From: an uncultured delta proteobacterium
GTDB taxonomy: Bacteria > Desulfobacterota > Binatia > UBA9968
Direction of reading: 5' to 3'
DNA: 64,000 bases
Assembly: GCA_963840855.1 (NCBI GenBank)
Contig: CAWJBB010000040.1
Coordinates: 345,394 to 409,393, forward strand
Shown here: piece by piece, positions 1-8,702 of the stretch
Position numbering within the stretch: position 1 is the stretch's first letter
How the letters are laid out: each line of letters opens with the position of its first letter
The notes under the pieces: model-generated
Databases searched by the model: none
What the model was told of the DNA's origin: nothing
What the model saw: the letters and a program-made list of their open reading frames with translations, nothing else
Program-made: the position numbers and the translations under genes

Positions 1-11
1 CCGAGCGCGGC

Positions 12-1367
12 ATGCAGCGCAAACAAAACCTGACGGGACAGAGCCCGCAGGATTTGATGAACATGCTCGACCGCATGAATCAGCTGCTGCAAGACGAAAA
101 CTTTCTCAAGAACCTGCCTAACATGCTGGACGCGGCGGTGGACGATCTCGACGCGATGATGGAGAGCCTGAGCTCCATGACCGACGAGCAGCTCCAACAG
201 ATGAGCGAAATGATGAGCCAGATGCAGCAGCTCGAGCAGTTGCTCAACCAGTACCCGTTTCAGGGCTCGCAACGCATGGGTATGGGCGAAGCCGGCCAGC
301 TGCTTGGGCAAATGCGCGGCTTGGAGCGCTTTCTGCGATGGGGCCAACGCGGCATGGGCGATCCCTCCGAGCTCGATCTCGACGAGATTCGCCAGCTCCT
401 GGGCGAGGAAGCCTACGAGCACTTAAAATACTTGCAAAACGTCGAGCAGATGCTCGAAGAGGACGGCTACATCGTCCGCACCAACCACGGCCTCAAGCTC
501 ACTCCCAAGGGGATGCGCAAGATCGGCGACAAGGCGCTCAGAGAAATTTTTCAGATGCTCAACAAAAGCCGATGGGGCAACCACTCGACCTCTCTGCGCG
601 GCTCCCAGGGCGACCGCATGGAAGAGACCAAAAAATATGAATACGGCGATCCCCTGAACGTCAATATCAGCGAGACGCTGTTGAACGCCTTGGAACGGCG
701 CAAGAAGGGTGAACCGCTCCGAATTAGCCCCGAAGATTTCGCCGTACACCGGGTCGAGTATTCCACCATGAGCGAGACCGCCCTATTGATCGACGTAAGC
801 TATTCGATGCTCATGAACGATGCCCTGCACGCCGGCAAAAAGGTCGCGCTGGCGCTGCACCGGCTCATCGAAACCAAGTACCCGCATGACACGCTGCACC
901 TCGTCGCCTTTCGCTCCAACGCCAAGCTGATACAGGCCGAAGACCTGCCCTCCATCGTATCGCTGACCTATTTTATGGAGCATGGCACGGACATTAAGGA
1001 AGCCTTGCGCTTCGCGCGCCAGTTGCTCGGACCGAATCGAAGCTCCAACCGGCAGATTATTTTGATCACTGACGGCGAGCCGACGGCGGCGACCCTGGAC
1101 CGCGGCGGGCGCTTGCACAGTGGCTGGGGCTCGGCGCTGCTGCACAGCCGCATCGTTCACGAAACCTTGAAGGAAGTGAAGCGTTGCACCCAGAGCGGCA
1201 TCAAGATCAACACCTTCATGCTGGGCGGCGATTATTACCGCCAGGGGTTCGTCGACCAGCTTTCCCGGCTCAACACGGGCCGAGTCTTCTACACCTCGCC
1301 CGACCAGATGGGAAACTACATCATGGTCGACTACATCGCCAATAAGCGCAAACGCATCGGACGCTGA
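12..1367 (+). CDS. VWA (von Willebrand A) domain protein, probably 5'-truncated by the window edge
   Basis: MIDAS-like DVSYSM and ILITDGEPT motifs; frame is open back to position 3. Confidence 0.85.
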   Translation: MQRKQNLTGQSPQDLMNMLDRMNQLLQDENFLKNLPNMLDAAVDDLDAMMESLSSMTDEQLQQMSEMMSQMQQLEQLLNQYPFQGSQRMGMGEAGQLLGQMRGLERFLRWGQRGMGDPSELDLDEIRQLLGEEAYEHLKYLQNVEQMLEEDGYIVRTNHGLKLTPKGMRKIGDKALREIFQMLNKSRWGNHSTSLRGSQGDRMEETKKYEYGDPLNVNISETLLNALERRKKGEPLRISPEDFAVHRVEYSTMSETALLIDVSYSMLMNDALHAGKKVALALHRLIETKYPHDTLHLVAFRSNAKLIQAEDLPSIVSLTYFMEHGTDIKEALRFARQLLGPNRSSNRQIILITDGEPTAATLDRGGRLHSGWGSALLHSRIVHETLKEVKRCTQSGIKINTFMLGGDYYRQGFVDQLSRLNTGRVFYTSPDQMGNYIMVDYIANKRKRIGR

Positions 1368-1390
1368 CCTAACACCACCACCGCACCGCC

Positions 1391-1479
1391 ATTTTAGATT
1401 TTCGATTGCCGATTTTGGATTGGTAAACCACATCCGTACCGGGTAGTTTCGTACTCTCTTTCTGCCAATCTAAAATCCA
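1391..1479. repeat. 7-nt-period repeat arms forming a hairpin between convergent genes
   Basis: ttttaga-ttttcga-ttgccga-ttttgga ... ccaatctaaaatcca. Confidence 0.6.
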
Positions 1480-1488
1480 CAGAAAATC

Positions 1489-2679
1489 CTAAGAGGTGAT
1501 GAGCGCGAGCACACCGGTGTAAGCGAAAAGATGATTGGACCGGCCCAGCGGCGCCAGCTCGTAGCCACCGAACATGCCGATCAGCGGAAAGTCGCCGAGT
1601 ATCTGGCGGATATAAGCCGTGTCGATTCCTGCCATGCCGTAAAGCGACGCGCCGCGCGCGCAGCAGTTGAAATAAAACCCGAACGCCGGCTTTTCCCCGG
1701 CCAAGCGCTCAGCCTGACGCTGGAGCATCTGGTTCAAGTCCTCCCGCGCCCGCTGGCCGTCGCGCAGCGCGAAGATCAGCGCCTGCCCTTCGTGCACTTC
1801 GTCGGCGACGCCGAGTATTCCTTTACCTGGATCGAGGCCGACGATGTTGCGGATCACGTATTGTCCCGGCGCCACGCTATTTTGACTCTTATCCGCCGGC
1901 AGTCCCACAAACAGCACCATCAGCGCGCGTCTTAGATCCTCCGCAAGGGGTCCTTTTAATAAACGCGCGAACACCTCCAGCGCGGGGCGATGGTCGATCT
2001 CGTAAATCAGGTTACCCTCCGCCTTGGTGATTTTCATCGGCTCGGTGATCGGCTGGCACCCCTGCGTAATATCGATATGCGTTTGAAACGCGCCCGCGAG
2101 CCCCATGCCGGCCACGGCATTGGTCGTCACAGTGCCGCCACAAAGTTGGTAGGTGGTCCGCGCCATGCCGCTTTCCGATGCTCCCGCGCCGATCACCGGC
2201 AGAAACCCGGCATGGCTTTCAATACTTCCAAGCAGCCGCTGCGGATGGCCGTTATAGGTATCAGGGAGCAAGACGAGTAGACAATCTTCAGCCGCAGACC
2301 CGCCTGTCTGCCGCGCGATTTCGTCGCCGGCGATTTCATCCCGTTCCCGGAGCGGTTGAAACAGAAATGGCTGGCTGTGAATCTGATCCGACTGGTAAAC
2401 CAAAACGGCCACGCCGTGGCTGCCTTCCACTTCACCGGCGGCGGTTAGCACACCCGCCGCGCTACAGCCCGTGATTTTTTCGGCGCCGGTGGCCGCGCTG
2501 AGGGACTCTGCCAATTCGTTCGACCGGCCCGCGTGCTCAGCGGTGAAAAACGCCACAGCGGTATCGGCGCGCGAAATGCCCGCTTCGGCGAGAGCCTGAG
2601 CGCCAGCTTCCGCCACGGCGTCTTTAGTCGAAGTTCGCGAAGATTGGCCCGCACCCGCGCGTATCATGATAACCGGCAC
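1489..2679 (-). CDS. FIST N/C domain sensory protein
   Basis: GCSAAG, QGCQPI, CCARG and GGYEL motifs typical of FIST proteins. Confidence 0.9.
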   Translation of the reverse strand: MPVIMIRAGAGQSSRTSTKDAVAEAGAQALAEAGISRADTAVAFFTAEHAGRSNELAESLSAATGAEKITGCSAAGVLTAAGEVEGSHGVAVLVYQSDQIHSQPFLFQPLRERDEIAGDEIARQTGGSAAEDCLLVLLPDTYNGHPQRLLGSIESHAGFLPVIGAGASESGMARTTYQLCGGTVTTNAVAGMGLAGAFQTHIDITQGCQPITEPMKITKAEGNLIYEIDHRPALEVFARLLKGPLAEDLRRALMVLFVGLPADKSQNSVAPGQYVIRNIVGLDPGKGILGVADEVHEGQALIFALRDGQRAREDLNQMLQRQAERLAGEKPAFGFYFNCCARGASLYGMAGIDTAYIRQILGDFPLIGMFGGYELAPLGRSNHLFAYTGVLALITS

Positions 2680-2717
2680 TATAGGAGAGTGACGAAGGAA
2701 TGGTCAAGCGAAATGGG

Positions 2718-2797
2718 TTCCCCTCCTCCCCGCGACGCGGGGCGGATAAAGGAGGGGATTGAACGGTTTGAACGATTGGAACGTTTTGAACGGGAGC
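2718..2797. repeat. REP-like palindrome followed by 4 x 9-nt TTGAACGNT repeat
   Basis: cccctcct...aggagggg, then ttgaacggt-ttgaacgat-tggaacgtt-ttgaacggg. Confidence 0.6.
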
Positions 2798-2809
2798 GCA
2801 GCGACTGAG

Positions 2810-3019
2810 TTATAACACTTTAAACCCGGCCTTTAACACGGCGCGCAAAAAATCATCGATGTGGGACTGGCTTGGATCGAATTCGAGCACGGCGACGCTG
2901 CGCTCAACGCTGAATTCGACGCCTTCCACACCGGGCAGAGCTGAAAGGGCTTCCTTCAGGACCGGCAGGTCTTCGGATTTTAGATCCGCAACGGATATAA
3001 TCGCGGTTTTGGTTGCCAT
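2810..3019 (-). CDS. HMA/CopZ-like small ferredoxin-fold protein lacking the CxxC motif
   Basis: ALSALPGVEGVEFS...V.FDP...AVLKAGF pattern of HMA domains; no Cys. Confidence 0.65.
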   Translation of the reverse strand: MATKTAIISVADLKSEDLPVLKEALSALPGVEGVEFSVERSVAVLEFDPSQSHIDDFLRAVLKAGFKVL

Positions 3020-3177
3020 ACGAGTGATCACTTCACTGTGACAAATGTGTCTCGCGAAGGCAATTGATCTATGGCCGGCGATTCGGCAAAAAGCGGCTTG
3101 ACGAAAAAAGCCCAGCCGTCATATGGTGGTCAAAGGGCTGAGGACAATAATAAAATCCTAAACGGGAGAGGTGTTCT

Positions 3178-4149
3178 ATGGCCACCAACGGCAATAACGC
3201 TTTGCATCTGGCGACTCACTCGGGATGGTACCGTTTCGATCGCCAAGGTGAGAATTGGGCTCAAGCCGACCGGGCGCTGACTTTTTGGCAAATGAGCTGT
3301 ATCCAAGTCGACCCGGAAAATCCGCAGCGTGTTTATATTGGGACGGAACACTCCGGCATGTTCGTCACCGACAATGGCGGCAAAGAATGGATGCGCGCCA
3401 ATCCCAACGTGCCCTGCCTGGCGATGTCGTCCATGCTCGCCTTGCCGGGCAAACTTTTGGTTGGCACTATGCCGTCGGCACTTTATTTTAAGCCTAAAGA
3501 CGGTGGCTGGCAGGAGCTGAAGGGCGTGCGCCAGGGTTCTGTCGGCGGCACTTTTCCGCCCAATCCCGATTTTCCCGCCCGCACTCGTGTGCTGACGAGA
3601 GAGAACAAACCCAGTGGTAGGTTTTTCGCGGGTATCGAGGTCGCGGGTATTCTCGTTAGCGACGATGATGGCCAGACCTGGACGGCTGCCAACGATGGCC
3701 TCACCGATCCGGATATGCATCAAATCTTGCCGTCCAAAAAACGCGACGGACTAGTTGTCGCGGCTTGTGGCGAAGGCGTCTCGCGCAGCCTGGACCGCGG
3801 CTCTCACTGGGAAAAGGTTACGCCGGCGGGCAACCGCACTTACGGCAACGCCTTAGCGGAAGACGACGATGGCAATATTTATCTGGGAATCACCCAGGAC
3901 CGGCCACGCACCTGGACACGCTCCGGGCGGGCAAATACCGCTATCTTCAAATCTCAAGACGGCGCCAATTGGGAGCTGCTGACGGAAAGGATACGCGGCG
4001 GCGTGATGGATATCTGCGCGGCTCCGGAAGGCAAAGGCGTGTTGATCTCCACGGCCGATGGAGAAGTCGTAAAGGTTGCGCCATCGGGCGACACGCAAAC
4101 GATCATCGACGGCTTGCCGTGCATCACGGCGATGGCGCTGGGCGCATAA
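3178..4149 (+). CDS. BNR/Asp-box beta-propeller protein
   Basis: Repeated SxDxGxTW boxes (TDNGGKEW, SDDDGQTW, SLDRGSHW, SQDGANW); GAGAGG RBS. Confidence 0.85.
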   Translation: MATNGNNALHLATHSGWYRFDRQGENWAQADRALTFWQMSCIQVDPENPQRVYIGTEHSGMFVTDNGGKEWMRANPNVPCLAMSSMLALPGKLLVGTMPSALYFKPKDGGWQELKGVRQGSVGGTFPPNPDFPARTRVLTRENKPSGRFFAGIEVAGILVSDDDGQTWTAANDGLTDPDMHQILPSKKRDGLVVAACGEGVSRSLDRGSHWEKVTPAGNRTYGNALAEDDDGNIYLGITQDRPRTWTRSGRANTAIFKSQDGANWELLTERIRGGVMDICAAPEGKGVLISTADGEVVKVAPSGDTQTIIDGLPCITAMALGA

Positions 4150-4152
4150 CAA

Positions 4153-4250
4153 GTCTAGCGTTCCGCGTCTAGAGTCTCGCGTTTCGGATTTCGAGCGGAA
4201 AGGCGCGAGGGTAGGGGAACCCTAGACCCTGGAACTCTAAACGCTAGACC
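4153..4250. repeat. 7-nt-period inverted repeat (GTCTAGC-type) between convergent genes; probable terminator
   Basis: gtctagc-gttccgc-gtctaga-gtctcgc ... ccctaga-ccctgga-actctaa-acgctagac. Confidence 0.6.
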
Positions 4251-4251
4251 C

Positions 4252-4776
4252 CTATGTCGGCAGCTTCTGATATTTGCCTTTGAAGAATAATAGCGGCCGC
4301 TCACCGTTGGCGCTCACATTTACGATTTCACCCAAGACGATCGTGTGATCGCCGCCGTCGTAGCATTGCGTAATCTTGCACTCCACGTGGCCCAGAATTC
4401 CGTCTAGAATCGCCGCCCCGTTGTTTCCTTCTTTCCATTGAAGCCCGGCGAACTTGTCGACACCTTTGGTCGCGAAGCGACGTGAAATCTCTTCTTGCTC
4501 TTCGCTGAGAAAGTTGACCGTAAAGCCGTTCTGCGGCTCAAAGCAAGCGTAGCATGTTGCGCCTTTGTCCACGCTGATGAGAATCAAGGGCGGATTCAAG
4601 GACAACGACATAAAAGCATTGGCCGTGAGTCCCTGCGGAAGCCCGTCTCTGTCCTTGGTGGTAATGACGGTCACGCCAGTCGCGAAATGGCCCATTACCC
4701 GGCGCAGCTCTTGCGGTTCGATAGTCATCTGCTCGCTCAATATGTTCGGATTTGTTTCAACAGGTACCAGAGGCAA
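4252..4776 (-). CDS. Flavin reductase (HpaC/RutF family); true start probably ~4728-4740
   Basis: RRVMGHFATGVTVIT, SLSLNPPL and GGDHTI motifs. Confidence 0.93.
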   Translation of the reverse strand: MPLVPVETNPNILSEQMTIEPQELRRVMGHFATGVTVITTKDRDGLPQGLTANAFMSLSLNPPLILISVDKGATCYACFEPQNGFTVNFLSEEQEEISRRFATKGVDKFAGLQWKEGNNGAAILDGILGHVECKITQCYDGGDHTIVLGEIVNVSANGERPLLFFKGKYQKLPT

Positions 4777-4871
4777 GCTCGCACTGTCAAACCAAGATCT
4801 TAATTAGCCGGCGGCCTGGACGAAAGTTTGGCAAAAGTGATAAAGGATATCACATGGAAGGGAGGGATTTT

Positions 4872-5426
4872 ATGGCCGTGCAGGAACAAAAAGCTGAGAG
4901 TTCATTAGACCGGTACATCGCGGAGGTCCGCTCGGTATGGGGTGACGGCAAGGATCCCCAGCTGCCGTTTAAGGTCACGGCCTTGATGGAAAAACTGTTC
5001 GCCGCCACCAGCCCGGACGACCCGTGGATGGCGGAACTGATGCGGGATGGAAAACCGTCACGCGAGCTTTATCGCGATGCCGAGCTCGGCTTCATTCAGA
5101 TGGGCCACATTCACAAACAGGGTCACGGCAACAAGCCCCACGATCACGGTCCCTGCTGGGTTGTCTACGGTTCGTTCAAAGGCATAACGGAAATCACCAA
5201 GTACAAACGCACGGATGATGGGTCGAAGGAAGGTCACGCAGTGATCGAGAAAGACCGTCTCGATCGTCTCACTCCCGGAGTCGTCGTGCCCTACTTGCGG
5301 GGCGACATCCATTCGACCAACGCCGTTGAAGGTCCCGGCGTCGTCTTTCGCTTCTTGAGTTACGACTTGGACAAGATCGAGCGGTACCGTTACAACATGG
5401 AAAAGCAAACAATGACGAAAGCCTAA
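4872..5426 (+). CDS. Cupin-fold metal-dependent enzyme (cysteine dioxygenase-like)
   Basis: PHDHG..W.VYG and GDIHS cupin motifs; GGAGG RBS before ATG 4872. Confidence 0.75.
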   Translation: MAVQEQKAESSLDRYIAEVRSVWGDGKDPQLPFKVTALMEKLFAATSPDDPWMAELMRDGKPSRELYRDAELGFIQMGHIHKQGHGNKPHDHGPCWVVYGSFKGITEITKYKRTDDGSKEGHAVIEKDRLDRLTPGVVVPYLRGDIHSTNAVEGPGVVFRFLSYDLDKIERYRYNMEKQTMTKA

Positions 5427-5433
5427 ATGGATG

Positions 5434-5460
5434 GTAGGGGCAGACCTGCGTGTCTGCCCT
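5434..5460. repeat. GTAG-type REP palindrome
   Basis: gtag-gggcagac-ctgcgt-gtctgccc. Confidence 0.65.
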
Positions 5461-5552
5461 GTTACAACCGGGAAAAGGTACAGTAGCGAAACTTTAGGCC
5501 ACAGGTTTTTGTTGCGGATTTAACTCGAAACCCGAGGCTCAAAACAGTGTAA

Positions 5553-6272
5553 ATGCCAATGGCCGGTGAAGAAATATTTTTCGAACAGATTCGCTCCAGC
5601 GGCTGCCTCTCCTATATTCTAGGGTGCAAGCAGGACAAGGCATGCGTGGTCATCGACCCGGAGCTTGACAAGGCTGATGATTACGTCGGCCTGGCTCAAT
5701 TTTTCGAGTCGACACTGCTCTACGCTATCGATACCCATACCCATGCGGATCACAACTCCGCCTGCAAGATCATGCGCGAGCGTCACGGCGTGACGATCGT
5801 CATGCACCGCGCCACCGACGCTCCTTACGTCGACATACGGGTAGAAGATGGAGATGAGATCAAATTCGGGCAACAGACTCTTAAAGTCGTCTACACCCCC
5901 GGTCACACGCAGGATGCGATGTGCCTGCTCTTCAGGGATCGGATCTTTACCGGCGATACGTTGTTGATTGGCGGTTGCGGCCGCACCGACCTGCCGGGAG
6001 GGAATGCCGAGGCGCAATACCACAGCCTGGCAAAGTTAAAGGCACTGGGAGACGAGATCCGCGTCTATCCCGGTCATGACTACCGCGAGGCGGTCTCAAC
6101 TCTGGGCGATGAAAAACAGCAGAATACGCGCATGTTGATTCCCACCCAGGAAGAATTCATTTATTTCATGACTTCGCGCAAACCTCCGTTGCCCCGCAAA
6201 ATCCAGGAAGCCCTCGAATGGAACCGCACGCCGATTCAGGGGACACAGAGAGGAATGGGCGAAGGCATTTAA
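5553..6272 (+). CDS. MBL-fold metallohydrolase, persulfide dioxygenase (ETHE1/Sdo)-like
   Basis: THTHADH, TPGHT, FTGDTLLIGGCGRTD and YPGHDY motifs. Confidence 0.88.
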   Translation: MPMAGEEIFFEQIRSSGCLSYILGCKQDKACVVIDPELDKADDYVGLAQFFESTLLYAIDTHTHADHNSACKIMRERHGVTIVMHRATDAPYVDIRVEDGDEIKFGQQTLKVVYTPGHTQDAMCLLFRDRIFTGDTLLIGGCGRTDLPGGNAEAQYHSLAKLKALGDEIRVYPGHDYREAVSTLGDEKQQNTRMLIPTQEEFIYFMTSRKPPLPRKIQEALEWNRTPIQGTQRGMGEGI

Positions 6273-6378
6273 AGTTGAGTCTAGCGTCCAGCGTGTCGAG
6301 TTCGCCCCTTCCCTTGCGCTACCACGATTCCTTCCGCATCATGCCTGTCAAATTAAGCCTTGGCACTCACAGTTCAAA

Positions 6379-8599
6379 TCAATTGAGCGGTATATCTCCA
6401 GCCGCTCCCCAACCCACCGCTTGTGTCCCGCCGCTCGACTTGAAAATAAACCACACCCCGTCTCTAAATACCGCCACGTCTGCCTTCCCGTCGCCGTCGT
6501 AGTCTGCCGGTACTGGCACATCCGCCAACACTCCGCCCCATCCCACAGTGGTCACACCGCCGTCCGAAGAACGTAAGACAAACCACGTCCCGTCGCGGTA
6601 CACCGCGATGTCTGCTTTCCCATCGCCATCGTAGTCTGCCGGTACCGGCACATCCGCCAACACTCCGCCCCAATCCACTGTGGTCACACCTCCGTCCGAA
6701 GAACGCAAGATAAACCACGTCCCATCGCGGTACACCGCAATATCTGCCTTCCCGTCTCCGTCGTAGTCTGCGGGCACTGGTACATCCACCGACACTCCGC
6801 CCCAGGCCACTGTGGTCTGGCCTCCGTCCGAAGAACGCAAGATAAACCATATTCCGTCGCGATAGACGGCTATATCTGCTTTCCCATCTCCGTCATAGTC
6901 TGCCGGTACTGGCACATCCGTTGATGCTCCACCCCAGTCAACTGCGGTCTGGCCTCCGTCCGAAGAACGCAAGATAAACCACACCCCATTGCGATAAACG
7001 GCTATGTCGAATTTCCCGTCTCCATCATAGTCCGCCGGCAGCGGTTTATCCTGTGGCAATCCTCCCCATCCTACGGCTATGATCCCGCCGTCAAGGGATC
7101 GCCTGATGAACCAAACGCCGTTGCGGTAGACTCCGATGTCACTCAAGCCGTCGCCATCAAAGTCGATGAGGGTGGCAGAGGCCCGGCGCCAAACTCGACG
7201 GCGCCGATGTCACATCGGGCGGTGCCGTCGTTATTGCCGTCGACGTGGCGGGCAAAGCCTCGTTGGTCAGTGCTAAGCAGCGCCCCTGAATTGCCGGAAT
7301 CGCTTTCATAGCCGGAATCAAACCCCGCCACCCGCTCAAAGGCGGATTTTCCCGGCAGCCGCCAGGGTCGCCCGCATCGATCGCCGGACTGCCGGCGACT
7401 AGAGCGTGAGTCTGGGTCGGGCCGCCGTTGTTCTGTAAGGGACCCAGGATCTGCGCTACCGAAACACTGGGCACGATGTCGGTCGGCCCCGGTGTAAAGC
7501 CGCTGACGCCGGAGTTGCCATCGGCCCCGAACAAATTAAAGTGGTCAGCGTAGACGTAGCTACCCACGTTTGTAATTTCGATTCCCCTGGTTGCCGGTGA
7601 CCACGCTATTCGTGAGGGTAAGGACTGAGCCGTAGAAGCCGCCCGACCCGTAGTTTAATATACCACCGCCTATATTACCTGAGATGGTGCTATTTTGGAC
7701 TGTGATCGTACCGAAAGCGTTATCTAACCCGCCCCTCGCATTACCTGAGATCGTGCTATTGATGATGGTAAGCTGCCGGGATTGTTAAATACGCCCGCAC
7801 CGGTATTGCCTGAGATGGTGCTGTTTTTAATGCTGAGCGTCCCTCTATTTTGCACGCCTCCGAACTCAGATCCTCCGCTTAGTGTCACACTCTTGAAGCG
7901 TCAGATCCCCGTGCCGTACCCCCTGGGAAAAGCCCTTTCACAGCTATGAGACCGAAGTTTGGTGCGTCCCCTTGGCGAGCAATCGTAGAGCCGTTACCTT
8001 CGATAGTGATCTGACTGCTAATCTCCGGTAGACCGATGGGTGTACCTGGGCCTGGAAACCTGTGTCGGTAAAACCCGGCACAGTGTTGAGGATCATGTTA
8101 GCGTTTGCCGGCAGGACGATCGTGTCCGCGCCAATGCCCGCCGCGCAGTCGGGGTGTGTCGCCGCATCGTTGTTGGCGTTGACGATGGCCTCGACCAGCG
8201 AACACTGCCCATCGGCTACGATGTTAGGATTGTTTGTCGTGACAGTGATAGTGGCCGCCGTCGCCACTCCCTGACCCAGCGCCAGCAGTAAAGCGGCGCC
8301 GGCCAGAGACCAGGCCATCCTGTGCTGCAGTCGTCGCCCGCCCTGCTGTAAGTATTCCGGCAAGATCGCAGCCAACTCGCTGGAACGATGCGAGCTCGAC
8401 GCTGGAGGGCGCGCCGCGCGCTGCGCGGTAAGGCGCGTAGCTCCGCATAACACGCTGCAAAACGCGCAAACAGCTCGTCCCCGCACTCGGTTAGAGTGCC
8501 GGCGAGCCACGGAGTGTTGTCCGCTTCTTTAACCTGCGAGTCCCAGGCAGCGGCGATAGTCCGGTCGGGATATGACGAATATAAATCAAAGTAGTTCAT
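6379..8599 (-). CDS. Large secreted protein, multiply frameshifted: extended leader + signal peptide, CSLREA-like domain, beta-helix, choice-of-anchor Q, C-terminal FG-GAP-like repeats
   Basis: Joins ORFs 8216-8599, 7944-8510, 7157-7567, 7143-7331 and 6379-7146: DGQCSLVEAI, LGPLQNNGGPTQTHALVAGSPAIDAG, DQRG...CDIGAVE, DYDGDGKADIAV; GGAG RBS before ATG 8599. Confidence 0.8.
6400..7160 (-). repeat. 132-bp (44-aa) coding tandem repeat, 6 units
   Basis: ccgtccgaagaacg recurs at 6560, 6692, 6824, 6956; PADYDGDGKADIAVYRDG units. Confidence 0.9.
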
Positions 8600-8702
8600 A
8601 AGATCTCCGTTCTTGGTTTCAGGTTTCGGGTTTCAGGCTTTTCCTTGGCGCCCCCTTCGACCTTGCTCAGGACATGCTTTGCGCCTTTGCGCGAGATTGC
8701 TC

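Noticed and set aside
6400-7160. 132-bp near-identical repeats as a DGR template/variable pair
   Set aside because: In-frame coding propeller repeats; differences are not adenine-specific; no reverse transcriptase in the window
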